Shown in pieces: positions 18,167-28,591 of a DNA stretch of 64,000 nt. The stretch is taken from the NCBI GenBank assembly GCA_964532495.1, contig CAZHJZ010000004.1:4123-68122 (forward strand), given 5' to 3'. The notes below the pieces were generated by a model that worked only from the letters and a program-made list of their open reading frames with translations, searched no databases and had not been told where the DNA came from. Source of the DNA: an uncultured Candidatus Saccharibacteria bacterium. GTDB lineage: Bacteria; Patescibacteriota; Minisyncoccia; Phycocordibacterales; UBA9973. Position 1 is the stretch's first letter; each line of letters starts with the position of its first letter. Position numbers and translations under genes: made by a program.

Positions 18167-20473
18167 TTAGAGTTCAAACGTCTCACTGATCACGCCTTTA
18201 GCCGCATGGAAGGTATTGGAAGTATAGATCTTTGTATACGTACCGTCAGCATTCTTCGTCTCAACAGTCACATAGACATCTGATCGAGGAACGAGAACAT
18301 AGTAGTGCCCTTCTTCATCTGTAATGCGGTGAGCGATCTCATGATTGAGCGCTGCACTCCAGACTCGGACAATGCCATGCACCACAGGCAAGCCATTCTG
18401 TGTCACCTTTCCAGTTTTTATCGGACCGAGACCAAACGACTGCATAACAACTATGACAACATAGAGCGCAAGCATGAGGAAGTTCCACCACACTGGAGAA
18501 ATAAAGGTAATGACAATCGAAGCGATGAAACCGCCGATAAAGAAGAGGTTAAAGATTGCGTCCATAAGCGCATGGTTGCGAGTAAAATAATGGAGCAAGT
18601 TTCGCTTTCGCTTTTCATCTTGGTTCCAGTCTGTCGCCAATCGATCCATAGGAACGTTAAGAGTAATCACCTTTTCTTCCCCGCTGACAGAGAATGTTTC
18701 GCCGAAGTAAAGATTTTCATACACAGCATCGCGCATCTGTCCTGCTAATTTCTTAGATGGGAACAAATAATTGGTTTTGTTAACGACAATCTGGTATGTT
18801 CCAGTCTTCAAAAAGAATCCATAGCGTCCATCGATATCAGTAATCTGATTATAAACTTCTTTGCCAGTTGCTACGTCGATCGCAGATACATACGCAGGAT
18901 CAAGCGGTTCTTTCGTTTCTGAGTCGTATACGACGCCCCATGGACGCTTGCGGCGATAGAGAGCAATGGTGAGGAGCATGCTGCCAAAACGAGCGAGCAA
19001 GCCAGGAACTGCAGTCAAGAGACCAACTACACCGAGGGCTATCGGTATTGCATGAGGAATTTTTTCAAGCCCTGGAATTTGAAGTCCGCCTCCAAAGAAT
19101 GATGTTATCCCGCCAGTAAGACCGCCACCTGATGAATTCGAAGTAGTTCCAGTAGCGCTTCCTGATGCACTTGTATTGCCAGCCGTAGTATTTTGATCAA
19201 ACTGACATGGCAGTGGTGCTCCGATATTCAAAGCTCCAGGCTCAGTACATACTTGAGACAACGGAATACAATTCCCGTTTCCGTCGATCTGGTGATCTGC
19301 TGGAACGCTTGCTTGAACCCCGGCAATGTTCGGGCACATATCCATCGAAGGCAGCACGCAGTTTCCATTACTATCTGTCTGATATCCAACAGGAACAACA
19401 ATCTGGATTCCTGGTAAGTTGGTACACATGTCACCCTGAGGGATTACACAATCTCCATTATTATCCACTTGATAGCCGCTTGGAACTGAGGACTGCGTTC
19501 CGGCAATGTTCGGACACATGTCTTGACTCGACGTAACACAATTGCCATTTGAATTAACATGGTAACCTTGCGGAACAGTTGACTGAATGCCGCTTAGGTT
19601 CGGACACATATCGCTCGGAGGAATGACGCAGTTTCCTAAGCCATCCACTGCATATCCGCTCGGAATAGTAGCTTGGACACCAACAATATTTGGACAATAA
19701 TCTTGCGCTGGTAGAACACAATTCCCTATTGAATCTACATGGTACCCATTTGGAACGGTTGCTTGTATTCCTGAAAGGTTAGGACAAAGATCTTGGTCTA
19801 TTGGGTAACAATTGCTGTCATTGGTTCCGTAATAACCAGCTGGAACAGATATTTGCAAATCTGGAACATTCTTACAGACATCAATGTCTGGGCGGCCGTC
19901 CACAGTGCCAGGACCGCTCGTTGGTGTCGAAGTAGTGCTTGTACATCCATGCCATGTCGTATTGAGTCCTGTAAATCCGGCCTGCGCGGAAGCTAGCTGA
20001 ATATAGCCATAGTTCTGAGACCAAACCTGTCCTGTAATATCTCCGGTGGAAAGGTTGATATGTGGCGCAATAGTAGCTTGAGAAGGAGCAAAATTAATCC
20101 AGCCAGTATTTTGTCCCCACGCGTATCCGCTCAATACTCCCGAACAATTGTTCTTTACTCCGCCAGTCGGTCCAGCACTTGCAGGATTAAGGTTGATCCA
20201 GCCCACTGTTTCTCCCCAGATTGTACCCGTCACTGCTGTATCGGTAACAGAAACCGCGACACCGTTTGTTGGCATCCAATTGATCAAATCTTTTACTCCG
20301 CTAGAGTCAAGATCAATATCATAGAACTGAGAATATTTCTGCGCGGGGTTGATCGTACCAGTGGCCGCTTTTGTTGTACTTGGCAAAACGATCATGCTCA
20401 GAATGAGCATGGGCAAGAATATGTTTTTAGTAAGCTTAAAAAGATTTGCTGTGAGGCGAGCAATTTGTTTCAT
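18167..20473 (-). CDS. large cell-surface protein: signal peptide, GW-like repeats, 7x30-aa Cys-containing tandem repeats, TM segments, two CarboxypepD_reg-like C-terminal domains
   Basis: The repeat unit is CPN[IL].G[IV]Q.[ST]VP.GY.VD..GNCV.P..DM, seven copies. The N-terminus has a signal peptide (LPMLILSMIVLPSTTKA). Confidence 0.55.
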   Translation of the reverse strand: MKQIARLTANLFKLTKNIFLPMLILSMIVLPSTTKAATGTINPAQKYSQFYDIDLDSSGVKDLINWMPTNGVAVSVTDTAVTGTIWGETVGWINLNPASAGPTGGVKNNCSGVLSGYAWGQNTGWINFAPSQATIAPHINLSTGDITGQVWSQNYGYIQLASAQAGFTGLNTTWHGCTSTTSTPTSGPGTVDGRPDIDVCKNVPDLQISVPAGYYGTNDSNCYPIDQDLCPNLSGIQATVPNGYHVDSIGNCVLPAQDYCPNIVGVQATIPSGYAVDGLGNCVIPPSDMCPNLSGIQSTVPQGYHVNSNGNCVTSSQDMCPNIAGTQSSVPSGYQVDNNGDCVIPQGDMCTNLPGIQIVVPVGYQTDSNGNCVLPSMDMCPNIAGVQASVPADHQIDGNGNCIPLSQVCTEPGALNIGAPLPCQFDQNTTAGNTSASGSATGTTSNSSGGGLTGGITSFFGGGLQIPGLEKIPHAIPIALGVVGLLTAVPGLLARFGSMLLTIALYRRKRPWGVVYDSETKEPLDPAYVSAIDVATGKEVYNQITDIDGRYGFFLKTGTYQIVVNKTNYLFPSKKLAGQMRDAVYENLYFGETFSVSGEEKVITLNVPMDRLATDWNQDEKRKRNLLHYFTRNHALMDAIFNLFFIGGFIASIVITFISPVWWNFLMLALYVVIVVMQSFGLGPIKTGKVTQNGLPVVHGIVRVWSAALNHEIAHRITDEEGHYYVLVPRSDVYVTVETKNADGTYTKIYTSNTFHAAKGVISETFEL
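19247..19876 (-). repeat. 7 tandem 90-bp coding repeats inside surface protein gene
   Basis: Derived from the 30-aa protein repeats spanning aa 200-409. Confidence 0.55.
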
Positions 20474-20540
20474 GTACTAATGAGTATACCAAAACCGAAC
20501 TGCAAACTAAAGGTTTAGTGTGGAATACTTTATATTCGCA

Positions 20541-20572
20541 GCAAAAAAGCCGGGAAATCCCGGCTTTTTTGC
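20541..20572 (-). terminator. rho-independent terminator of clpB
   Basis: agccggg-aaat-cccggct, flanked by an A-run and a T-run. Confidence 0.6.
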
Positions 20573-20574
20573 TT

Positions 20575-23259
20575 TTATGACTGAGAAGTTCGTTGTCGAG
20601 TAACAACAGAGGACGCTTTTCGTGCTTTGTTTTTCTTCATTTCGATTGTCAGTTCGTTATTTTTGACACCGACTGCGACACTATCCCCTTTGCTGATATT
20701 GTTCGAGATAATAAAGGAAGCGACAGGGTTGAGAATCTTTGATTGGATAATACGGTTGAGCGGACGAGCCCCGTAGTGAGGATTGTATCCTTCCTTTGCA
20801 AGGTACGCCAATGCTTCATCTGAAACCTCAAGCGTAATTCCTTTTGCTGTAAGGCGCTCTTGAACGACTGCAACACGAATGTTTACAATCTGCTTGATTA
20901 CCTCTGGCGAGAGGACATCGAACATCACGATCTCATCGATTCGGTTCAAAAATTCTGGACGGAAATGATTCTTGAGGCTGTCCATTACTTTATCTTTCAC
21001 TTGCGTATACTGCGAGCCAGCGGCGCCGGATGAGAATCCTATGGATTCCATCTTTTCAATAAACTGCGATCCAATGTTCGATGTCATGATAATGATTGCA
21101 TTCTTGAAGTTCACGACACGGCCCTTTCCATCAGTCATGCGTCCGTCATCGAGAACCTGGAGCAATACATTGAAGACTTCTGGGTGCGCCTTTTCAATTT
21201 CATCAAAGAGAATGACTGAGTATGGACGATGGCGAATAGCTTCTGTCAGCTGACCGCTTTCGTCATGTCCAACATATCCTGGCGGTGAACCGAGGAGTTT
21301 CGAAACGCTGTGGCGCTCCATGTACTCGCTCATATCGACGCGAACAAGAGATTTTTCATCGTTGAACATGAACTCTGCGAGAGCTTTGGTAAGTTCTGTT
21401 TTTCCGACACCAGTAGGGCCAAGGAATATGAATGAACCAATTGGCTTGTTCGGATCTGAAATTCCCGCGCGTGAACGGCGGACAACGTCAGCGATTTTCT
21501 TGATCGCATCTTCTTGTCCCACGACGCGCTTTCGAAGTTCGTCTTCCATTCGTTCAAGTTTCTGGCGCTCTTCCTCTAGCATTTTAACGAGCGGGATTCC
21601 TGTCCACCGAGAAACGACTTCGGCAATGTCTTCGGCAGTAATTTCTTCTTTGAGAATGCGGCGTGACTTCTGTAATTTTTTCAAGCGCGCAAGTTTCTGA
21701 TCAAGTTCTTTCTGAAGTGCAGGAAGCCGTCCGTAGCGGATCTCTGCAGCTTTTCCGAGATCGACTCGAAGTTCAGCATTCTCAGCTTCAAGACGCATGC
21801 TATCAAGTTCTTTCTTGATGCGGTGAATGTCTCCCACAGTTCCCTTTTCGTTCTGCCACTTCAATTGAAGCTCCTGTGTTTTTTCATGCAGGTTAGCAAG
21901 TTCTTTCTCAATTTCTTTGACGCGTGATTTTGCTTCCTTGTTGTCGCCGGCTTCAACTTCGCGCTTCAGCGCCTCACGTTCGATTTCCAAACGTGTTGCT
22001 TTGCGTTCAGATTCTTCCAAAACTTCCGGCTTGTTTTCTAATGCCATGCGAAGCGCAGATGAAGCTTCATCGATCAAGTCAATTGCTTTGTCTGGCAAGT
22101 ATCTGTTCGTGATATATCTTGAAGAAAGCGTGACTGCCGCAACGATAGCGTCATCAGTGATGCGTACGCCGTGATAGATTTCGTATTTTGATTTGAGTCC
22201 GCGCAAAACAGCAACGGTATCTTCAGTTGATGGCTCATCCACATACACTGGCTGGAATCGTCGAGCAAGTGCAGGATCTTTTTCAATATGTTTCTGGTAT
22301 TCCTTGAGAGTCGTAGCGCCGATTGCTCGAAGTTCGCCACGAGAAAGTGCTGGCTTAAGCATGTTTGAAGCATCGAGAGACCCTTCAGATGCTCCAGCTC
22401 CTACGATAGTATGAATTTCATCTACGAAAAGAATGATCTTGTTATCAGACTTTTCGATCTCTTTCATGATTGCTTTCAATCGGTCTTCGAATTCTCCACG
22501 GTACTTTGTACCGGCGAGCAAAAGTCCGAGGTCGAGAGATACCAGCTCTTTATCTTTGAGAGATTCAGGAACATCACCTTTGGCAATGCGCTGAGCAAGG
22601 CCTTCGACAACAGCAGTCTTTCCAGTTCCCGCTTCTCCGATCAAAATCGGATTGTTTTTTGTACGGCGAGAAAGAATCTGCATGATGCGCATGATCTCAG
22701 TATCGCGGCCGATGACAGGATCAAGCTTGTCTTGTCGAGCAAGAGTCGTGAGGCTGCGAGTGTACTTGGTAAGCTGGCGAGTCTTTTTTGAATTTGGAAC
22801 ATCAGCACCGCCTTGCGCTCGAAATTCTTCGATCACTTTAATGACTTGGTCTTTCTGGATCTTGAATCGGGACATAATGTGATGCGCTTCACTATCTACT
22901 TCAAGAATGGCAACAAACAAATGTTCAGTGGATACAAATTCATCCTTCATCGCTGCTGCCACTTTGCTTGAAAGCTCAATAACCTGAGCAAGATCTGGAG
23001 TAAGGTAAATCTGGTATGAAGCAGAAAGTGTGCTCTGAGATCCTCCAGCTTCGATGGCTTCCAAAATAGAATCTGTCAAAAGCGTCGTATCGACTTCGAG
23101 ACGATCGAGTATTGAAAGAACCATGGATTCCTCCTGAAGAAGGAGTGCTGCAAGCAAATGAACTGAATTAACGTGGTTTTGGCCGCGTTCAATGGCCAGT
23201 TCATGGCTTTTCCTAATGGCTTCTTTGGCTTTGGTTGTGAAATGGTTGAATGGGGGCAT
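20575..23259 (-). CDS. clpB: ATP-dependent chaperone ClpB
   Basis: Two AAA+ modules ([18 protein letters not shown]), a long coiled-coil middle domain and the Clp N-domain. Confidence 0.9.
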   Translation of the reverse strand: MPPFNHFTTKAKEAIRKSHELAIERGQNHVNSVHLLAALLLQEESMVLSILDRLEVDTTLLTDSILEAIEAGGSQSTLSASYQIYLTPDLAQVIELSSKVAAAMKDEFVSTEHLFVAILEVDSEAHHIMSRFKIQKDQVIKVIEEFRAQGGADVPNSKKTRQLTKYTRSLTTLARQDKLDPVIGRDTEIMRIMQILSRRTKNNPILIGEAGTGKTAVVEGLAQRIAKGDVPESLKDKELVSLDLGLLLAGTKYRGEFEDRLKAIMKEIEKSDNKIILFVDEIHTIVGAGASEGSLDASNMLKPALSRGELRAIGATTLKEYQKHIEKDPALARRFQPVYVDEPSTEDTVAVLRGLKSKYEIYHGVRITDDAIVAAVTLSSRYITNRYLPDKAIDLIDEASSALRMALENKPEVLEESERKATRLEIEREALKREVEAGDNKEAKSRVKEIEKELANLHEKTQELQLKWQNEKGTVGDIHRIKKELDSMRLEAENAELRVDLGKAAEIRYGRLPALQKELDQKLARLKKLQKSRRILKEEITAEDIAEVVSRWTGIPLVKMLEEERQKLERMEDELRKRVVGQEDAIKKIADVVRRSRAGISDPNKPIGSFIFLGPTGVGKTELTKALAEFMFNDEKSLVRVDMSEYMERHSVSKLLGSPPGYVGHDESGQLTEAIRHRPYSVILFDEIEKAHPEVFNVLLQVLDDGRMTDGKGRVVNFKNAIIIMTSNIGSQFIEKMESIGFSSGAAGSQYTQVKDKVMDSLKNHFRPEFLNRIDEIVMFDVLSPEVIKQIVNIRVAVVQERLTAKGITLEVSDEALAYLAKEGYNPHYGARPLNRIIQSKILNPVASFIISNNISKGDSVAVGVKNNELTIEMKKNKARKASSVVTRQRTSQS

Positions 23260-23301
23260 ATTTATAGTATACACTATGTGTAAAGTTATAATACAATTTA
23301 A

Positions 23302-24159
23302 TTACTCTGTTGTCAATACTACCTTAGTAAACGCCATTTCTGCTATTTCTTGGGCTGAAACTATGCTTGTAGTTTCTCCGTTCATGGCGACAACTCCGGC
23401 AACAGCTCCATCTAGATTGAGGATGGGCAGTCCGACATAGTCAGTCAAGGCTCTATCAACGGTAAATTTCTTTTTGGCAGTATCTACTTTTTCAACATAC
23501 AGTTTCTTAGTTGTGGAAGTTTGTGGATCATACAATACGAGCGTCTCCCCTTCACTTGGCAATGCTTTTGCAAAGGCAAGCACATGCGGCATGGTAACTT
23601 TGATTTCTTTCGTAAGGTCTAATGCGTTATACGTAAATCCATTCGGTGCACGAAGCGAACGCGTATAGCTCAAGGAATTATTTTCTCCCGTTCCAGGATA
23701 TATGAGCGCCTTGGAAACTCCTTGTTCATTGGGGGTAGTTGTAAAGAATTGTCCGGCTTCGCTCGTAATAAATCCAAAGCTGTTTTTAAGACACGTTTGA
23801 CCTGCTAACTTATCAGCCTCTGTAAGATTACATTCATACGAGATAGTGACTGTTGATTTTTTTGCATTTTCAACGACAACTGGAACGATATCACTCTCCT
23901 TTACCATCACAACTTGATTTCCGGATGCTGCTGGAGGTGGCGTTTCATCTGAGACTTTCTCTACGGTGCGCTGAATAACTTGGTTGATAACAGAACTCAC
24001 TGTGGGAGATTGCTGCAGTAAATATACGGTAGTAATACCGGTCGCAATGGAAGTCACAAAAGACACGAGCAGTGTCAGAAGTACTAGCTGGTAATTTGTT
24101 AAATCTTTCAAATCCATGGAGAAAGTATACCATGACCTGAGAGAGAGGAATATATCCAA
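23302..24159 (-). CDS. hypothetical membrane-anchored protein with degenerate trypsin/HtrA-like C-terminal motif
   Basis: DYVGLPILNLDGAVAGVVAMNGE resembles HtrA GDSGGALVNLNGELIGINT, but the GDSGG serine is missing. Confidence 0.3.
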   Translation of the reverse strand: MDIFLSLRSWYTFSMDLKDLTNYQLVLLTLLVSFVTSIATGITTVYLLQQSPTVSSVINQVIQRTVEKVSDETPPPAASGNQVVMVKESDIVPVVVENAKKSTVTISYECNLTEADKLAGQTCLKNSFGFITSEAGQFFTTTPNEQGVSKALIYPGTGENNSLSYTRSLRAPNGFTYNALDLTKEIKVTMPHVLAFAKALPSEGETLVLYDPQTSTTKKLYVEKVDTAKKKFTVDRALTDYVGLPILNLDGAVAGVVAMNGETTSIVSAQEIAEMAFTKVVLTTE

Positions 24160-24160
24160 T

Positions 24161-25363
24161 TTACTTCAATAATTCCAAGACGTGGACTAATGATTTCAGG
24201 AAATAATCAATTTCTTTTTTTGTAGTTTGCCGTCCAAGGCTGATGCGGATACTTCCCGCTTCGCTGTCAGGATTTTCAAAACCGAGAGCTTCGATAACAT
24301 GAGAATTTTCTGGATCGGTGCTTTTGCATGCGCTTTTTGCTGACACGCAAATACCTTGTGCGTCGAGATATATAACCAGCATCTCGCTCTGATAGCCTGA
24401 AATAGTAATGTTGATGTTGTTTGGCAATCGATTTTCAGTATCACCATTTATGCGGATTGAATATGGCAGTTTAGAAAGTTTGTCCGTGGCATACTCTCTC
24501 AGTTTGGTTAGGCGTGCTGTTTCTTTCGCTCGGAGCGTTCCTGCGATTGTAACCGCCTTTGAAAATGCTGCTATCGCCGGAACTGATTCTGTTCCTGGCC
24601 GCACGCCGTATTCCTGGTCTCCGCCAAACATGATGGCCGAAACCGGCGTGCGGCGCTTGATATAGAGCGCCCCCACCCCCTTCGGTCCATACAATTTTGA
24701 ACTGTTGATAGTCAGCAAATCAACTCCCATTTTTTCTACTGAAATTTCAATGTAGTTCAGCGCTTGGCTGGCATCGGAATGCAAAAGCGGATACTGAGAA
24801 CTGACAAGTGCGTCTTTTTCTTTGTGCCTGCGCGCATGACGAACTTCTTTGGCGATTTCTTGGATAGGTTCTATGGTTCCGATCTCATTATTGGCAAGCA
24901 TGACAGATACCAACATAGTTTCCGGACGCATGGACTTGCGAACGTCTTTGGGATCAACCATACCTTTGGTGGTTACCGGAAGCACAGTGACATCAATTCC
25001 CTGAGATTGAAGTTCTTCTGACGTGGCTTTGACTGCGGCATGCTCGATAGCTGAAATAATAATATGGGGACGGACAGTCGGATACTTTTTTTTGAAAGCG
25101 GCGACAGTTCCAAGAATAGCAAGGTTGTCGCTTTCGGTTCCCCCGGAAACAAAAACAATCTCATCTGCGTGAGCGCCGATCGCACTCGCCACTTCTTGGC
25201 GTGCAGCATCAAGCACTTGCTTAGCTTTCACGCCAGGCCGATGAAGGGCGCTTGGGTTGGCAAAAATATTTTTTGAATGCTCAAAAAGCACGCGCAAAAC
25301 CCCGGGATCGACGGGAGTGGCTGACGCATAATCTAAATAAACTGTAGGTTTGGTGTTTTTCAT
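24161..25363 (-). CDS. cysteine desulfurase (class V aminotransferase, NifS/IscS-like)
   Basis: YLDYASATPVDP, SAIEHAAV and SSKLYGPKGVGALY motifs. The start is taken at MKNTKPTVY. Confidence 0.8.
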   Translation of the reverse strand: MKNTKPTVYLDYASATPVDPGVLRVLFEHSKNIFANPSALHRPGVKAKQVLDAARQEVASAIGAHADEIVFVSGGTESDNLAILGTVAAFKKKYPTVRPHIIISAIEHAAVKATSEELQSQGIDVTVLPVTTKGMVDPKDVRKSMRPETMLVSVMLANNEIGTIEPIQEIAKEVRHARRHKEKDALVSSQYPLLHSDASQALNYIEISVEKMGVDLLTINSSKLYGPKGVGALYIKRRTPVSAIMFGGDQEYGVRPGTESVPAIAAFSKAVTIAGTLRAKETARLTKLREYATDKLSKLPYSIRINGDTENRLPNNINITISGYQSEMLVIYLDAQGICVSAKSACKSTDPENSHVIEALGFENPDSEAGSIRISLGRQTTKKEIDYFLKSLVHVLELLK

Positions 25364-25407
25364 CAAAATTGCTAAAAAAGCCTTTATATTATATACTTTG
25401 TGCCTGT

Positions 25408-25863
25408 ATGGATACAAATACACTACTTATTTATATATTAATTGCAACTAACCTCCTCACTATCGCTTGGCTCATTCGAACCGAATTACGGCTCAATAAG
25501 TTCTTTGGCGGCAAAAAGGCAGGCAGTTTCGAAAGTGTATTGGTAAGCATCCAGCGCGGTTTGTCAGGTATCGAGAGCACGCATGATGAGATCAAGCGCC
25601 GATTGGTCGGTGCTGAAAAGCGCCTTGCCCGCTCAATCCGAAACGTAAAGACAATCCGCTTCAACCCATTCACCGATTCAGGAAGCAACCAGAGTTTCGC
25701 TACTGCCATTATAGACGATCATGGTGATGGCGTCATTCTTTCCAGCTTGTACTCTCGAGAACGCGTCAGCGTCTTTGCAAAGCCCGTGCTCAAAGGTAAA
25801 GCTCAATATGATTTAACAGAAGAAGAGGACACCGTCCTTAAAGAGGCATTTTCGAATGAATAA
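25408..25863 (+). CDS. DUF4446-like membrane-anchored protein
   Basis: N-terminal TM helix followed by RFNPFTDSGSNQSFATAIIDDHGDGVILSSLYSRERVSVFAKPV. Confidence 0.4.
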   Translation: MDTNTLLIYILIATNLLTIAWLIRTELRLNKFFGGKKAGSFESVLVSIQRGLSGIESTHDEIKRRLVGAEKRLARSIRNVKTIRFNPFTDSGSNQSFATAIIDDHGDGVILSSLYSRERVSVFAKPVLKGKAQYDLTEEEDTVLKEAFSNE

Positions 25864-27376
25864 ACCTACCGCAGAAACTACATCAAATATTCGTCCGCCC
25901 GTAGTAGTTATTATGGGACACATCGACCACGGAAAGTCGACGCTTCTTGACTATATCCGCAAATCAAACATTGTGGATGGCGAAGCCGGCGGCATTACCC
26001 AAAAACTTTCTGCATATGAAGTAACTCATCCTGACGAGCACAAAGTAGAACGCAAGATCACCTTCTTGGACACTCCGGGACACGAGGCTTTCTCAAAAAT
26101 GCGTGCTCGTGGAACAAAGACTGCGGATATCGCCATTCTCGTCGTTTCAGCTGAAGACTCAGTCAAAGCCCAGACACTTGAAGCTTGGGAGACAATCGTC
26201 GCAAGCGGCATTCCCTATATTGTAGCTATTAACAAAATCGACAAGCCTGGAGCAAACGTAGAAAAGACCAAACTCGATCTCGCCGAAAAAGGCATCTACC
26301 TCGAAGGATTCGGAGGCGATGTTCCCTTCGCAGAAATATCAGCAAAGCAAGGAACAAACGTGGACGGATTGCTCGACCTCATTCTTCTCGTAGCAGACTT
26401 GAACAATTTTACTGGCGACCCAAAACTTCCAGCAACCGGCGTAGTCATCGAATCTCATCTTGATCCAAAGCGCGGAATCGCAGCAACGCTTATCATCAAA
26501 AATGGTTCTATCAAAAAAGGCGACTTTATCGTTGTTGAAGATTCTATCGTAGGCACTCGCATTATCGAGAACTTCATGGGCAAAGCGATCACCGAGGCAA
26601 CCTTCTCATCCCCTATTCACATGACTGGCTTCGACAAGCAGCCAAAAGTAGGAAGCATGTTTGAAGTGTGTCACACAAAGAAAGAAGCAGAAACAAAAGC
26701 TCGCGAATGGAATGAACTCAAGCGAGAACTATCTGGTCCCGCAGAAATGCCGCAAGCAACAAGCGACGAGATCAAGCTCGTTCCCCTCATCATCAAGTCA
26801 GACGTAGCAGGAATGCTCGACGCCATCGAAAAAGAAGTCCGCAAAATAGAACTTCCAAACTCAAAATTCAAAATCCTTGATATGAGCGTTGGCGCTATCG
26901 GTGAAGGCGACATCCGCAAAGCAAGTTCAGACAAAGAAATGATCATTGTCGGATTCAACGTCAAGATGGATCCTCGAGCTCGCGACTTGTATGAAAAAGA
27001 AGGAGTCACCGTAGAAACATTCGATATTATCTATAAGCTTACTGACTATCTCAAGGAGCAGATCTATGAACGACGCCCTCGCATTACTACCCTTGAACCA
27101 AGCGGCAGTGCCAAGATCATCCGTATCTTTTCAGCGACAAAAGACAAGCAGGTTATCGGAGGCAAAGTCATAGATGGCGCGCTCACTGGAAATGCCCAAG
27201 TCCGCATCCTCCGCCGTGAAAACGAAATCGGCCGAGCTCACATTGTGGAACTTCAGCACAACAAGATGAAAGCAAAATCCGTAGAAGCAGGCATGGACTT
27301 CGGAATGCTTATCGAGTCAAAATATGAAATCGCAGTGGGAGATGTTATCGAAGCCTTTACTATAGTTGAGAAATAA
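25856..27376 (+). CDS. infB: translation initiation factor IF-2 (minimal, lacks N-terminal extension)
   Basis: G-domain [25 protein letters not shown] and NKID, followed by beta-barrel and C-terminal domains. Confidence 0.9.
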   Translation: MNKPTAETTSNIRPPVVVIMGHIDHGKSTLLDYIRKSNIVDGEAGGITQKLSAYEVTHPDEHKVERKITFLDTPGHEAFSKMRARGTKTADIAILVVSAEDSVKAQTLEAWETIVASGIPYIVAINKIDKPGANVEKTKLDLAEKGIYLEGFGGDVPFAEISAKQGTNVDGLLDLILLVADLNNFTGDPKLPATGVVIESHLDPKRGIAATLIIKNGSIKKGDFIVVEDSIVGTRIIENFMGKAITEATFSSPIHMTGFDKQPKVGSMFEVCHTKKEAETKAREWNELKRELSGPAEMPQATSDEIKLVPLIIKSDVAGMLDAIEKEVRKIELPNSKFKILDMSVGAIGEGDIRKASSDKEMIIVGFNVKMDPRARDLYEKEGVTVETFDIIYKLTDYLKEQIYERRPRITTLEPSGSAKIIRIFSATKDKQVIGGKVIDGALTGNAQVRILRRENEIGRAHIVELQHNKMKAKSVEAGMDFGMLIESKYEIAVGDVIEAFTIVEK

Positions 27377-27379
27377 ATC

Positions 27380-27697
27380 ATGGATGCACACAAAGAAAAA
27401 TTGGAGGAGGTTATCCGCCGGCACGCAGCCGCTTTTTTGGAGCGTGAAAGCAACCGCGAAGCGCTGATCTCGGTCACGCACGCAATGCTTACTCCAGATA
27501 CAAAAAACGTCATCATCTATCTCTCAGTGCTTCCAGAAAACAAAGAGAAAGCTGTTCTTGATTTCGCAAAGCGATTGCGCACTGAAATGCGCACATACAT
27601 CAAGACGCACACCAAATCCCGCGTTATCCCCTACGTTGATTTCGAGATCGATCTCGGAGAGAAACATAGACAGAAGATAGATAATTTATTAAGATAA
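27380..27697 (+). CDS. rbfA: ribosome-binding factor A
   Basis: 105-aa KH-like fold (IYLSVLPENKEKAVLDFAKRLRTEMR) in the usual infB-rbfA synteny. Confidence 0.8.
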   Translation: MDAHKEKLEEVIRRHAAAFLERESNREALISVTHAMLTPDTKNVIIYLSVLPENKEKAVLDFAKRLRTEMRTYIKTHTKSRVIPYVDFEIDLGEKHRQKIDNLLR

Positions 27698-27757
27698 AGC
27701 CTGTCCTACGGAGCCCCGGCGAAGTAGGATTTGTACAAATAGAAACTGGTCAGCATA

Positions 27758-27829
27758 TGACCTAGTCGCCAAGTGGTAAGGCAAAGGTCTGCAAAACCTT
27801 TATACGGCGGTTCGATTCCGCCCTAGGTC
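27758..27829 (+). tRNA. tRNA-Cys(GCA)
   Basis: Acceptor GACCTAG/CTAGGTC, anticodon stem-loop AAGGT-CTGCAAA-ACCTT and T-arm GGCGG-TTCGATT-CCGCC. Confidence 0.85.
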
Positions 27830-27891
27830 TCAACGTTTTGTTTTACAAAATGTACACTGATGATTACATGGTAGACATTGATTACAGAATA

Positions 27892-27920
27892 TTGTTCCTT
27901 TGTCTACAAATTAGTATAAT
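27892..27920 (+). promoter_or_regulatory. putative promoter for HNH gene
   Basis: TTGTTC, a 17-nt spacer, then TATAAT (27915-27920), immediately upstream of the GTG start. Confidence 0.35.
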
Positions 27921-27926
27921 CAGCAG

Positions 27927-28415
27927 GTGAAAAAATGGAATGATGCCGACTTGGCTAAGTCAGTTAAAAATTCAAAAAGTATTAGGCAGGTTTTAGCGAA
28001 ACTATCTCTTGTGGAGGCTGGTGGAAACTACAGTCAAATCAAGCAAAGAATAATCGATCTTGGTTTAAATATTGACCATTTTCATGGCAAGGGATGGCGG
28101 ACAGGCTTACATATTCCCACAACAAAACCTAAACCATTATCGATGCTTTTAGTAGAAAACTCGAGTTACCAAAGCCATAAATTAAAAATTAGATTGTTCG
28201 CAGAAAATATTAAGAAACAATCTTGTGAATTATGCGGGTGGGCAAAGAAATCACTTGATGGTAGAATTCCAGTTGAGCTCGATCATGTAAATGGAGACCA
28301 TAGAGACAATAGGATTGGCAACTTACGAATCCTTTGTCCCAATTGCCATAGTTTGCAACCAACACATCGAGGTAAAAATATAGGAAAGAAAAGCGGAAAC
28401 GGGTCAGTGGCGTAA
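27927..28415 (+). CDS. HNH endonuclease
   Basis: C-terminal CELCGW...LDHVNGDHRDNRIGNLRILCPNCHS HNH/Zn motif. The GTG start is uncertain. The last 15 nt overlap tRNA-Leu(TAA). Confidence 0.7.
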   Translation: MKKWNDADLAKSVKNSKSIRQVLAKLSLVEAGGNYSQIKQRIIDLGLNIDHFHGKGWRTGLHIPTTKPKPLSMLLVENSSYQSHKLKIRLFAENIKKQSCELCGWAKKSLDGRIPVELDHVNGDHRDNRIGNLRILCPNCHSLQPTHRGKNIGKKSGNGSVA

Positions 28416-28484
28416 TTGGTAGCCGCAGCAGACTTAAAATTTGCCGGTCGCAAGACCATGCGGGTTCGATTCCCGCCTGACCCA
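28401..28484 (+). tRNA. tRNA-Leu(TAA), type II
   Basis: Acceptor GGGTCAG/CTGACCC, anticodon stem-loop GCAGA-CTTAAAA-TTTGC, a long variable arm, and T-arm GCGGG-TTCGATT-CCCGC. Confidence 0.85.
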
Positions 28485-28501
28485 CACAACAAAATAATAA
28501 A

Positions 28502-28583
28502 GCCGGGGTGGCGAAATTGGTAGACGCACTTGCCTTAGGAGCAAGCGAGGCAACTCATGGAGGTTCAAGTCCTCTCCCCGGCA
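28502..28583 (+). tRNA. tRNA-Leu(TAG), type II
   Basis: Acceptor GCCGGGG/CCCCGGC, anticodon stem-loop CTTGC-CTTAGGA-GCAAG, and a long variable arm. Confidence 0.85.
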
Positions 28584-28591
28584 CAACGATA

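Noticed and set aside
19193-19536. Plus-strand ORFs (74-109 aa) inside the surface-protein repeat region
   Set aside because: Antisense to the Cys-repeat coding array. Repeats generate spurious long ORFs.
28210-28492. Two minus-strand ORFs (91 and 69 aa)
   Set aside because: Antisense to the HNH gene and to tRNA-Leu(TAA).
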